This document shows positions 13,359 to 24,705 of a stretch of DNA of 64,000 bases, one piece after another. The notes under the pieces are model-generated. The model saw only the letters and a program-made list of their open reading frames with translations. It did no database searches and was not told the origin of the DNA. Where the stretch lies: NCBI RefSeq assembly GCF_963921235.1, contig NC_086097.1, positions 65,164,001 to 65,228,000 on the forward strand. The letters are read 5' to 3'. The DNA comes from Mobula hypostoma (Eukaryota). Made by a program: the position numbers and the translations under genes. Positions within the stretch are counted from its first letter, which is position 1, and each line of letters opens with the position of its first letter.

Positions 13359-13425
13359 CTTCACAGCCCTTTTAGGAGTCTCAACCAGGATGGGAGGCAA
13401 GATTCCTTTGTAAAAGCCAAGAATC
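13359..13425 (-). CDS. slc25a21: slc25a21 internal coding exon (probably equivalent to human exon 4)
   Basis: Minus strand tctatttttaattag|G ATT CTT GGC TTT TAC AAA GGA ... GCT GTG AAG|gtaagt; 67 nt, phase 2-0; reads (G)ILGFYKGILPPILVETPKRAVK versus recalled human GLFGFYKGILPPILAETPKRAVK; splices in frame to the 46751-46834 exon. Confidence 0.95.
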
Positions 13426-14061
13426 CTAATTAAAAATAGAAAAAAGTAACTTACACATTCAAAGCATTATTAAATAATTCAGTGTGAATGCTTGCTAATC
13501 CAAAAGTGTGAAAACAATCTTAGAAACTGTTTTTCCCCCATTGAAAATGGTGATAATTTCCAAAGTTAGCATGATGAAAAACAATTGATATTATAACTTA
13601 CTGAGACAGAAGTGGCTGTTTTCTTTACATCTTATTTGTATTAAATACTCTATTTCTGAGTATTGCCATCAGAAATTTATGAGGAAAGGAAACAATTTCT
13701 TTGTGGATTTTTTTTCTCTGGGTATTAAATACTTCCAGCAAACCAAGATATTGAGAAATTAAGTAGTTATTGGGACAAGATCCGAAAGAGACAATCTGTC
13801 GTAAAAGATGGAAATATCTTTGCTCCCCAAGGTGTTTCAAAATCATGATACAGTTTTCACAAAGTGAGGCCTGTTAAAAATAAAACAAAACTACTGGAAA
13901 TACCAGCAGGTCAGGCAGCAAGTGTGAAAAGAGAGAAACTGTTTATATTTCAGGTTGTGACTTTTCACCAGAACGAGGAAAGGACAGAAGTACTGTAAAA
14001 GATGTTTTAAATTCTGAGAAAAAGGGGGCTGGACAGATTAAAATAAATATTTATGAAAAGG

Positions 14062-14771
14062 GTACTGCACACCAACACCAAAACCTCATCCCAACTGTGA
14101 AGCAAGGTGGAAGGAGCATCATGGTTTGGGGCTCCTTTGCTGCCTCAGGGCCTGGACAGCTTGCAATCGTTGAGGGAACAATGAATTCAAAATTGTATCA
14201 AAACATTTTACAGGAGCAGTCCATCACCTGAACGTTAATAGAAATTGGATAATGTAACAAGACAATGATCCAAAAGAGAAGAGTAAATCAACAACAGAAT
14301 GGTTTAAAAAGAAGAAAATTCATGTTTTGCCGAGTCGAAGTCCTAACCTTAGTCCTATAGGAATGCTGTGGAAGGACCTGAAGCAAGCAGTTCATGCAAG
14401 GAAGCCCACCAAAATCTCAGAGTTAAAACTGTTTTTTTTAAAGGAGCGATGGTCAAAAATCCCTCTAAGTCAAAATGCAGGACTGATCAACAGTTACCGG
14501 AAACGTTTGGTTTAAGTTATTGTTGTACAAGTGGATCACACCAGTTACTGAAAGCAAAGGTTCACATACTTTTTCAAACAAATGCATGTAATATTGGATC
14601 ATTTTTCTCAATAAATAAATGAACAAGTATAATATTTTTGTGTTATTTATTTAATTGGGTTCTCTTTAACTATTATTAGGGCTTATGTGAAGATCTGATC
14701 ACATCTTAGGTCATATTAATGCAGAAAAAAGAAAATTCTTCAGGGTTCACAAACTTACCAGCACTACTGTG
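14062..14771 (+). mobile_element. Tc1-like DNA transposon 3' half (DDE region and right end)
   Basis: PTVKQGGRSIMVWG, QDNDPK and PSRSPNLSPIGMLW motifs of Tc1 transposases. Confidence 0.85.
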
Positions 14772-14999
14772 TTTAATATGGTCAGAAATAATGCTCCTAC
14801 CAATGAAATAGTTCAAATATCAAAGATTAAATAGAGAGAAGAGACTATTTGTTTTATGGATTTTATTAAATAAAATAGAATACTAAGATACTGAGTTGGG
14901 CAGACAATATCTATAAGAAAAGGTTAGGAAGTCATGGATTGTTCTAATGAGGGGAAAGCAAAGTAGAAATTGGATCCGAGGGAAGATACATATTTATTT

Positions 15000-15290
15000 A
15001 TACTGTTTATTTATTTATTTCGAGATTCAGCACGGAGCAGGTCCTTCCAACCCAACAAGCTACACCACCCAGCAACCCATCTATTCGACCCTAGCCTAAT
15101 CACAGGACATTTTACAATGACCAATCAACCTATAAACTGGGAAGAAACCACAGCATCCAGGGCAAACCCACATGGTCATGGGAGAGAAGCACAAACATCT
15201 TACAGAGGATGCTGGAACTGAACTCCGAAATCCGATACCCTGAGATGTAATAGCGCCACACTAACTGCCACACTTCCGTGGCAGCTCAAT
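15000..15290 (-). mobile_element. HE1/V-SINE-like element
   Basis: (ttta)n tail, ccctagcctaatcacaggaca segment, V-domain-like core; colinear with 46283-46572. Confidence 0.65.
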
Positions 15291-16054
15291 TTTCAAGGTC
15301 ACGTTAAGAACAGAAAGCAGTAACAATATAATCATCAGTCTTCCAGAAAATGAGTTTAGAGATAGCTCCTTAGGAGGACAGAGAGAGAAAATGTTCCATT
15401 TTACCCAAAAGGACAAAGTTCCCATTGCAAAACCTTTTACTCAGTGGATATGTGTGGAGGCAATGAATAAGTTGGAGACATGTGAAGATGAACGGTGTTA
15501 AAATTCACCTGAATTCTAGAAATGAGATGATTTATAAACTCTTCTGGTTGGCAGATATAAAAGGGGAAAATGAGTTGGCTGAAACTGGGATACCAGTAAT
15601 AGTTTAAAATGGCAGAGGTTGTAAATGTCTTGCAGATGTAGATGAGAAGAAACTGGAAAATGAATGCAAATGTTGGAAGAAATGAGTTCCATGGGACAAA
15701 GATAAGCTAAAATGTTGGGTCTACAAGGGCAAACCTACTTGTGGATCTCAAGGGGATTGTACAATTGGACTACATATGGCTGAGAGACTGAGAGATACTG
15801 AAGCTGCTAAGAGATTTTGAGAAGAAATGAAGCCTGTGATACCTTGTAAAGGTAGTGGGGTATCAGAAGAATCTGAGGTTTCAGAAGGTTCTGTTTCAGC
15901 TTCTTCGAAGCAGAGATGCACCAAACAATAACTCCTGCCTTATCTCTAGGTTTACAAGTAATTTCAGGATTTACAGACAATGAATATTGTAAGTTCAGAG
16001 AAATTCATCCTCATTCAGTCCTTTCCACCTGCACCACCATTCAATTAATCTATA

Positions 16055-16246
16055 GATGAACTGTTCCTGCAGTCTCATGGTCCCAGAAAACATACTGCAC
16101 AATCAAGAAAGCACAACAATGCCTCTACTTTCTGAGAAGGCTGAAGAGAGCTGGACTATGCATATCTATACTCATGACCTTCTACAGATGCGCAGTAGAG
16201 AACATCCTAGCATGCTGCATCACTGCATGGTATGGAAACTGCACCT
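16055..16246 (+). mobile_element. Rex1/Babar LINE fragment
   Basis: KKAQQCLYFLRRLKRAGL..TFYRCAVENILACCITAWYGNC. Confidence 0.75.
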
Positions 16247-18035
16247 CAATTAAAGCCTTAATGCCAATAAGGCTTCTAAATGTGCTAGTAAATGTTATAG
16301 GTAATGTATATATGTCCCACACTGCAAAGACGGAAAATTTGGTTTGTGCTTATATTTGATAAAAGAAAAAAATCACCTGCAGGATTGAGTTTCTGTCTGT
16401 TACAATTAATTTTACTGGAGCATTAGTAAAACTAAAGTTATTTTAGTTGACTTTTTAATCAGTTTGTTCTTAACCAATAGATTGATACTCTTAAAAAAAA
16501 GACAAACCCAAATCAATTATATTAGTAAAGCAAAGTCAGCTATCTTAAATAACAAGAATAATTATTTTAAAAATAAGTAAATAAAAGTGCTGCTAAATTT
16601 TGCTAGTTCATGGATAATTTAATGTCTGCAATCATATGAATAAATCTGAGTAAAAGCATGAAGTATAATCCAATTTGTGCAATTTTAATTATACTTCAAA
16701 TACATTTCCCAACTTTTACTGAAGGTGAAAATTCGACCCCATGAAATCTAAAATGCAAGGCAAAATGGTTTTGCTCATATAGGAATTATTGTAAATTAAA
16801 ACATCAAGTATCCAATATATTTTCAAATTAAGTATGAGACCAGATGTTTCGTTAAGTTATTCATTCTTTGGCACACTTAAGGTAGGTGAAGTCAATGAAG
16901 GAAAAAGTGCATTGGATGCTGTTTTACTTTTCCAACAACAAGCCTGAAGCATTACCTCTCCTCCAAAGAACTGATGAGGATTAATAAATAAACAGTTTAT
17001 GACATTGACTTGAACGGTGCCATTTCAACATTGAAATGTGCACTTTCCACTTGTAGCTAAGAGGTTCGCAGTATCAACAACTTCTTGTTAGATTCAAGTT
17101 CAGAGGACAAATTGTCAATATTAATCGAAAGTAGCAAAAATTGTCAAAATTTAGGATAGGTGGAAAACAAATTGTATCCCATTTCACTGGAATTGCCTTC
17201 ATTTATTTAACATGCAAGATCTTTTGCTCTAAGTGCAATCATCTTAACATATCATCCTGGATCAGTGCGAACTGCCTAAACGCCTGCATGCATGTTTAAT
17301 CAGCTTGAAGCATTGCCAGCAAACAACAAAACCCGAAGCAGAAAACCTGTTAAAATAGCAAGAAAAAGAACTTAATTAACAGAAAAAGAGTGACAGGTAT
17401 GAGAGCAAAACAAAGCCAGACAAAAATAAGAACAAAAAAACTAATGGGCAAAATCTCTGCTTATAACTGCAAGTAATTCCATTTGGGAAGTCCAAGCAAG
17501 CAAGTACAATTTGTCAATCTTTTCACAGCAGCATTTCAACATCAGACTATTCTTGCAATCCAGCAGCAACTTGCAAAACAGTGTCAAATCCCTAGCATTT
17601 ATTCTAAATCCCACAGTATTTGTGACAGCTTAGATTTGGCACAGCAACAGCGCGTTCATTTCATTTGATAAAAATGAGTATTACCTTCCCTTGGTAAAGC
17701 TTCGGTAATTTCATTGAATAGTTTAGTTAACTGTTCAGTTTAACCACTTTTCCATGCTCTTAAATATTTTGATTTTTTAATCTTCTTATTAATCTTATGA
17801 TCAATTGTTTTAACAATTATATTCTTAATAGTTTTTCGGTGTTTCTGAGTAACTGAAACAGTCAGATGCATTTCAATGTTTTAAAAGTGTAAAACCCAGG
17901 TAATACAGGAGGGATAGGAGGAAGGAGATACAGAAGTCTGAAGGCACACACTCAGCGATTCAGGAACAGCTTCTCCCGCTCTGCCATCCAATTCCTAAAT
18001 GGACTTTGAAGCTTTGGACACTACCTGTACAGTAT

Positions 18036-18250
18036 AACAACAGGAATTCTGCAGATGCTGGAAATTCAAGTAACATACATCAAAGTTGCTGGTGAACGCA
18101 GCAGGCCAAGCAGCATCTATAGGAAGAGGCGCAGTCGACGTTTCAGGCCGAGACCCTTCGTCAGGACAGTCCTGAAAAACGTCGACTGCGCCTCTTCCTA
18201 TAGATGCTGCTTGGCCTGCTGCGTTCACCAGCAACTTTGATGTATGTTAC
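18036..18250. mobile_element. Palindromic mini-element made of two inverted Penelope terminal repeats
   Basis: Perfect 74-bp inverted repeat 18070-18143 / 18177-18250; flanking duplication tacctgtacagtat at 18022-18035 and 18248-18261. Confidence 0.85.
18132..18169 (-). ncRNA. Minimal type I hammerhead ribozyme motif (Penelope-associated)
   Basis: Minus strand ctGTC-CTGACGA-agggtctcggcct-GAA-ACGT-C^GACtg: conserved core, palindromic ACGT stem III, GUC cleavage triplet; stem I shortened. Confidence 0.65.
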
Positions 18251-18425
18251 CTGTACAGTATTTCTGTTTTTGCACATTTTTTAATAATCTATTCAATATA
18301 CGTAATTGGTTTACTTGCTTATTTATTATGTTTTATTTTATATGTTTTTTTTCTCTCTGCTAGATTATGTATTGTATTGGACTGCTGCTGCTAAGTTAAC
18401 AAATTTCACATCACATGCTGGTGAT

Positions 18426-19194
18426 GGCGTGAGCAGAATTATCTGCAGCTTAATGTGAAAAAGACGAAGGAGCTGGTGGTAGACCTGAGGAAAGCTAAGG
18501 TACCAGTGACCCCTGTTTCCATCTGGGGGTCAGTGTGGACATGGCAGAGGATTACAAATACCTGGGGATACGAATTGACAATAAACTGGACTGGTCAAAG
18601 AACACTGAGGCTATCTACAAGAAGGGTCAGAGCCGTCTCTATTTCCTGAAGAGACTGAGGTCCTTTAACATCTGCCGGACGATGCTGAGGATGTTCTACG
18701 AGTCCGTGGTGGCCAGTGCGATCATGTTTGCCGTTGTGTGCTGGGGCAGCAGGCTGAGGGTGGCAGACACCAACAGAATCAACAAACTCATTCGTAAGGC
18801 CAGTGATGTTGTGGGGATGGAACTGGACGCTCCGACAGTGGTGTCTGAAAAGAAGATGCTGTCCAAGGTGCATGCCATCGTGGACAATGTATCCCATCCA
18901 CTACATAATGTACTGGTTGGGCACAGGAGTACATTCAGCCAGAGACTCATTCCACCGAGATGCAACACAGAGCGTCATAGGAAGTCATTCCTGCCTGTAG
19001 CCATCAAACTTTACAACTCCTCCCCTGGAGGGTCAGACACCCTGAGCCAAAAGGCTGGTCCTGGACTTATTTCCTGGCATAATTTACATATTACTATTTA
19101 ACTATTTATGGTTTTATTACTATTTAATTATTTATGGTGCAACTGTAATGAAAGCTAATTTCCCCTGGGATCGATAAAGTATGACTATGACTAT
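18426..19194 (+). mobile_element. Young Rex1-family LINE, 5'-truncated
   Basis: LNVKKTKELVVD..YKYLGIRIDNKLDWSKNT..SRLYFLKRLRSFN; (atgact)n tail; candidate 5-bp TSD gtgat at 18421-18425 and 19195-19199. Confidence 0.9.
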
Positions 19195-19655
19195 GTGATA
19201 ATAAACCTGATTCTGAATTTCATCCTGATTAGGGTAATCTGATGCTTCTTGGAAGTTGTATACAATAAATGGTAAAGCATTAAGGAATGTTGGTGAACAG
19301 CGATAGCAGTAGTCCAAGTCCACAGTTCTCTGAAAGTGGCAAAACAGGTCAATAGGCTGGAGAATAAAGTAAATAGCATGTTTCTCTTCATTGGTTGGGC
19401 ATAGAATAAATAGTTGGGATGTTACGTTGCAACTTTAAAAAACACTAGTTAAGCCATGCTTTGAAAATTGTTCACAGTTCTTATTGGTGCACTATATGTG
19501 ATTATGTTGAAAAAAGTGGAGAAGTGATTCAACAGGATCGTTCCTGGATTGATGGGCTTTAGTTATTGATGGCCATTGCATTGGCTGAGCTTTTCTCTTC
19601 ATCGGAGTGTGAAAGGTGACCTGACAAAAGTACATAAAATTTGAAGAGGCATATA

Positions 19656-20636
19656 TACTCAGTGGCCACTCTATTAGATACAGCAGTAGAACCCAGTGTG
19701 GGCTTCTACTGCTGTAGCGCATCCACTTCAAGGTTTGATATGTTGTGCGTTCAGAGATGTTCTTCGGCACACCACTGTTGTAACGAATGGTTATTTGACT
19801 TCTGTCGCCTTCTTCTCAGCTTGATCAAGTCTGGCCATTATCCTCTGACCCCTCTCATTTACAAGGTGTTTTCACCCACAGAGCTGTCGCTCACTGAATA
19901 TTTTTTATTTTTTGCATCATTCTCTGTAAACTCTGGAGACTGTTATGAGTGAAAATAGAAATCTACAGCACGTTACAGGCCCTTCAGACCGCAATGTTGT
20001 CCAGACCATGTAACCTACTCTAGAAAATACCTAGAATTACCCTATCGCATAGCCCTCTATTTTTCTAAGCTCCATGTACCCTTTTAAGAGTCTCTTAAAA
20101 AACCCTACTGTATCCACCTCTACCACCTTCGCTGGTAGTGCATTCCACGCACTCACCATTCTGTGTATGGAAAAACTTACCCCTGTATCTGCTTCCAAAC
20201 ATCTTAAACCCCCCTCGTGTTAGCCATTTCAGCCCGGGAAAAAGCTTCTGGCTATCCTCATGATCAATGCCTCTCATCATCTTATACACCTCTATCAGGT
20301 CACCTCTCATCCTCCGTAGACCCAAGGAGAAAAGACCAAGTTCTCTCAACCTATTCTCATAAGGCATGGGCTCCAATCCAGGCAACATCCCTTTAAATCT
20401 CCTCTGCACTCTTTCTATAGTATCTACAGATTCTGAGATACTCAAACCATTCCATTTGGCACCAACAATCATTCCACAGTAAAAATCATTTAGAATGCAT
20501 TTCTTCCCCACTCCAATGTTAGGGCTAAACAAAAACTGAACTTCTTGACCATGGCTGCTGCCACATGATTAGCTGATTAGATATTTGCATTAACAAGAAG
20601 GTGTACAGATGTGCCTAATAAAGTGGCCACTGAGTG
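19656..20636. mobile_element. Non-autonomous Tc1/mariner-derived element with a nested CR1
   Basis: About 27-bp TIRs tactcagtggccactctattagataca / tgtgcctaataaagtggccactgagtg; TA on the left flank; transposase N-terminal remnant GMIVGAKWNGLSISE on the minus strand. Confidence 0.8.
19955..20422 (-). mobile_element. CR1 LINE 3' end nested in the Tc1-derived element
   Basis: ERVQRRFKGMLPGL..RRMRGDLIEVYKMMRG; same subfamily as 24205-24705. Confidence 0.85.
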
Positions 20637-22003
20637 GAGATAGGGCAGATAGTCAAAATCTTTTCCCCCTATTTGGGGTATTAAAACATGAGTTTAAGAT
20701 AACAGGAAGAAGTTTTGAAGGGGATCTGAGAAGTTTTGCTTTCCACACAGGGTGATTGATATCTGGAAGGTGCTACCACAGGAGGTAATGCAATCAGATA
20801 CAATTACTATAGTGAGACAAGCTCTTAAATAGGCAATGCATGGAACAATACAGTCAAGATTGAGGCAAATGGGATTAATGTACAGAGGGTGTCATGGATA
20901 TGGTGGTTTGTAGGGCCAATTTCCATGCTCTCCCACTCTGTTGGGATTGATTATGCTGACTGTCAAAGTTTTTATCAGCTTTCACGGGTGAGATTTTTCT
21001 TGCCCTCTAAGTTTCATTTACACATGCAAGGTATGCAGTTGTTCAGGGACCTGGCAATAAGGATTGGTCTTGCACTTTGCAAAGTCAGTCCTGGGGAACC
21101 TGCTTGTAACAATTCCCTGCTGGCAGGAATTTCTGGGTCATTATTTATGATTTTTTTAAAGCTTTCAACAATAATTGTAATCTCAGTGACTGACAGGTTG
21201 TTTAGCAGTAATTAAGACAAAGTGCACTATTGAAAATGGGATGACGTCTGAAATGGATGAGCCTTATTTTTCTGTTTTGACTTTATCCACTTCCTAAAAT
21301 GCTATTGTGTACATTGGATGGTGAGCCAGAGAGGATGATACTTTTTCCCAGCTCTGAGAGGAGTGTTTATTTCATACCTCAGCTTGCACACTTTAATGTT
21401 AACTGTGCCTCTGTGCTTGACTTAAGTTGCTGTCTGATTTGTGGCTGATTAACTATGAGTGTTGTTAGCCACAATGTTATTTTTATAGTAAACTTTGGCC
21501 CCATGTCTCACCAATGTGGTATAAAGGCTGCTTTTGAGCTTGGATAAAGCATGTGTGTCAGGAAATGCTGAAAAGCCTCATAGGTCTGTGGGTGAAAGGT
21601 GGCATAATTGTATGCACATCTGAATACAAGAATTATTTGCATCTGGAAAAACAGTGAATCTATTTTATTTTCAGGTCTCTTTCAAATGTTATGGGCCACC
21701 TAGAGCAAAGCAAAAACTGCTTGAGTGGTCATTGAGGAGAAAATGTCTGCTGCAACGTCCAGATGCTTGCTCAATGCATAAACACTATTATAACTTACTA
21801 CTTTCAGATTAGTTTCCTTTTGGAGGTTGTTTATTTCTTTGTGGATATTTTAAAGTTGACTTTTACCATACTCCCTTCACCATCTGGCTTTATCACTTTC
21901 AAGTTAGGTAACTAAAGGTTCAATCCCAATGGAAAATTGATAGCTGTTTGGAATTTCTCTGTTTAAAAAAAAACACAGGCTTTAAATTCTACTATGGAGA
22001 CGA

Positions 22004-22207
22004 GGGACTGCAGATGCTAGAACCTGGAGCAAAAAACACACTGTGGGAGGAACTCAGTGGCTCAGGCAGCATCTGTGGAGGAAAATTGACATCAACATTT
22101 CAGGACCAGATGAAGGGTCTCCACCTGAAATGTCAACTGTCCATTTTCCTCCACAGATGCTGTCTGATTTACTAAGTTCCTCCAGCGGTTTGTTTTTTTT
22201 GGCTCCA
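22004..22207. mobile_element. Older palindromic Penelope terminal-repeat element with a decayed hammerhead motif
   Basis: Imperfect inverted arms tggagcaaaaaac..gcatctgtggaggaaaat / attttcctccacagatgc..ttttttggctcca; centre cagatgaagggtctccacctgaaatgtc. Confidence 0.75.
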
Positions 22208-22324
22208 TAAATTCTACTATGCAGTGCAATGTTATAGCACATCACACAACTGAATTTTACACTAATTGTGTGCACTGAATGAATTGGAGGTTATGCTTTA
22301 GTAACATGGGGCATTGGTGACTCC

Positions 22325-22800
22325 ACATCTGGAGTTATATGTACAATCATGAAGGAAGGATGTTCATGAACAGGAAGCCAATAAAGAGAAACATATTAGT
22401 TTAATAACCACCATGGGAAGGTTATGAGGAAAAAATGGACAGGCTTGGCTTGTGTCCACTGGAATTATGAAAAGTGAGAGGGAACTTAAAATTGAGAAGA
22501 TCCTAAAGGATGAGGAGGATGTGGAAAGGACTTTTCCTCTTACAGGATAATTAAGTATAAGGGCTCAATATTTAAAGATAAGAGATCTCCCACTTAAGGC
22601 AGAGATCTTTTTTCCCTCTAAGTCACAACTGTATTCGTCAAGGAGTATAGAAGTAAAGTTTTTGAATGTTTTAAATCAGAGCTAGATAGACATTTGATAA
22701 GCAAGGGAACTGAACATTATCGTGAATAGATGGAATGCAGAGCTGATCAATTGAATGGTGGAACGGCTTGAGGGGACAAAAGGTCTTCTCCTACTTTATC
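22325..22800 (+). mobile_element. Highly decayed CR1 3' fragment
   Basis: ccacatctggagttatatgtacaat and a CR1-type 3' UTR end aatggtggaacggcttgaggggacaaaaggtcttctcct. Confidence 0.5.
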
Positions 22801-22802
22801 TA

Positions 22803-24182
22803 CAGTGCCTATAAAAAGTATTCACCCCCTTGGATGTTTTTATGTTTTATTGTTTTACAACATTGAATCACAGTAAAAAAACGTGACTTTTTTTTACTCC
22901 GATCAACAGAAAAACTCCATGTCAAAGTGAAAACAAAGTGTTCTAAATTAATTACAAATATAAAACAACTGATTGCGTAAGTATTCATCCCCTTTAAAAC
23001 AAAATACCAAAATCATCACTGGTGCAGCCAATTGGTTTTAGAAGTCACGTAATTAGTTTAATGGAAATATCTAGAAATGGAAAGAATAAGGCACAGCTAT
23101 AAATCTGCCAAGAGCTGGTCGTCATCAAAAACTGACTGTGCAAGAAGGGGATTAGTTAGGGAGGCCACCAAAAGACCTATGACAAGTCTGGAACAGTTAC
23201 AAGGTTCAGTGGCTGAGATGGGAAAGACTGCACATACAACAACTGTTGTCTGGGTGCTTCACTAGTCGCAGCTTTATGGGAGTGTGGCAAAAACAAAGCC
23301 ACTGTTGAAAAAGAACTCTCGTGAAATCTCAGATAGAGTTTGCCAGAAGGCAGTGGGAAACTCTGAAGTCAGCTGGAAGAAGGTTCTGTGGTCTGATTAA
23401 TCTAAAATTGAGCTTTTTTGGCCATCAGACTAAACTCTATGTTTGGCATAAGCTAAGCACCATACATCAAAAACACACCATTCCTACCGTGAAGCATGGT
23501 GGTGGCTGCATCATGCTGTGGGGATGCATCCTTTATTGCAGCAGGCCTTGGAAGTCTTGTGAAGGCAGAGTGTAAAATAAATGCAGCAAAATACAGAGAA
23601 ATCCTGGAGGCAAATCTGATGCAGTCTGCAAGAGAATTGTAACTTGGGAGAAGATTTGTTTTCCAGCAAGACAATGACCCCAAGCATAAAACCAAAGCTA
23701 CACAGGAAGGGCTTAAGAACAACAAAGTTAATGTCATGGAGTGGCCAAATTAAGAGTCCAGACCTCAAACCAGTTGAGATTTTGTGCCTGGACTTGAAAA
23801 GGGCTGTTCACTCGTAATCCCCAAGCAATCTGACAGAGCTTAAACAGTCTTATAAAGAAGAATGGGTAAAAAATAGCAGTGTCCAGATGTGCAAAGCTGA
23901 TAGAGACCTATCCACACAGACTCAAGGCTGTAATTGCTGCCATAGGCGCATCTACTAAATATTGACTTAAAGGGGGTGAGTACTTAAGGAATCAATTATT
24001 TTGTGTTTTATATTTATATTTACATTACTTTGTAGAGATCTGTTTTCACTTTGACACAAAGGAGTCTTTCTCTGTTGATTAGTGTCAAAAAAGACAAAGT
24101 AAATCCACTGTGATTCAATGTAGTAAAACAAAAAACATGTAAACTTCCAAGCGGGGGTGCTGAATACTTTTTATAGGCACTG
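22803..24182 (+). mobile_element. Tc1-family transposon with both ends, long IR/DR-type TIRs and a decayed transposase
   Basis: TA|cagtgcctataaaaagtattca ... tgaatactttttataggcactg|TA; TIRs of roughly 200 bp with internal repeats; [22 protein letters not shown] and SPDL motifs. Confidence 0.93.
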
Positions 24183-24204
24183 TACTTGCAGAATGAAAAA
24201 ATAC

Positions 24205-24705
24205 TCAATACAGGAAGGACGTGGATGCTGCAGAGAGAGTGTAGAGGAGATTTACAAGGATGTTGCCTGGATTGGAGAGCATGTCTATGAGAACAGGTTG
24301 AGTGGACTCGGCCTTTTCTCCTTGGAACGACAGAGGATGAGAGGTGGCCTGATAGAGGTGTATAAGATGATGAGAGAAATTGACTGTGTGGATAGCCAGA
24401 GGCTTTTTCCCAGGGCTGAAATGGCTAACACAAGGGGACATAGTTTTAAGGTGCTTGGAAGTAGGTACGGGGGGGGGATGTCAGAGGTAAGTTTTTCCAC
24501 ACAGAGAGTGGTGGGTGCGTGGAATACACTGCCAGCAAAGGTGGTGGAGTCTTTTAAGAGACTCTTAGATAGGCACATGGAGCTTAGAGGAATAGAGGGC
24601 TATGCAATAGGGAAATTCTAGGCAGCTTCTAGAGTAGGTTACATGGTTGGCACAACATTGTGAGTCGAAGGGCCTGTAATGTGCTGTAAATATTCTACGT
24701 TTCTT
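24205..24705 (+). mobile_element. CR1 LINE 3' end
   Basis: YENRLSGLGLFSLERQRMRGGLIEVYKMMR..TRGHSFKV; CR1 tail. Confidence 0.88.

Larger units (their letters stand above)
17915..18425 (+). mobile_element. Rex/Babar-like 3' end hosting two later insertions
   Basis: GRRYRSLKAHTQRFRNSF C-terminus; tail aacaaatttcacatcacatgctggtgat resumes as gtgataataaacctgattctga at 19195. Confidence 0.7.
19230..20945 (+). mobile_element. Old CR1 3' fragment split by a Tc1-derived element
   Basis: CR1 text gaagaggcata|gatagggcagatagtcaaaatctt rejoins across 19656-20636. Confidence 0.6.

Noticed and set aside
13383..13385. Val in ILVETPKRA where human has Ala, next to substrate-contact residues
   Set aside because: The E, K and R contacts are intact and, as I recall, this position also differs in yeast orthologues, so no functional claim is supported.
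13155..13400. 81-aa ORF as a standalone gene
   Set aside because: Only the first 14 codons are exon; the rest is read-through past the gtaagt donor.
17995..18240. Recurrent short ORFs such as PDEGSRPETST and MLVNAAGQAAS (also near 38700-38980 and 63300-63650)
   Set aside because: They are translations of the non-coding Penelope terminal repeat; the recurrence reflects the repeat and its ribozyme motif, not a peptide.
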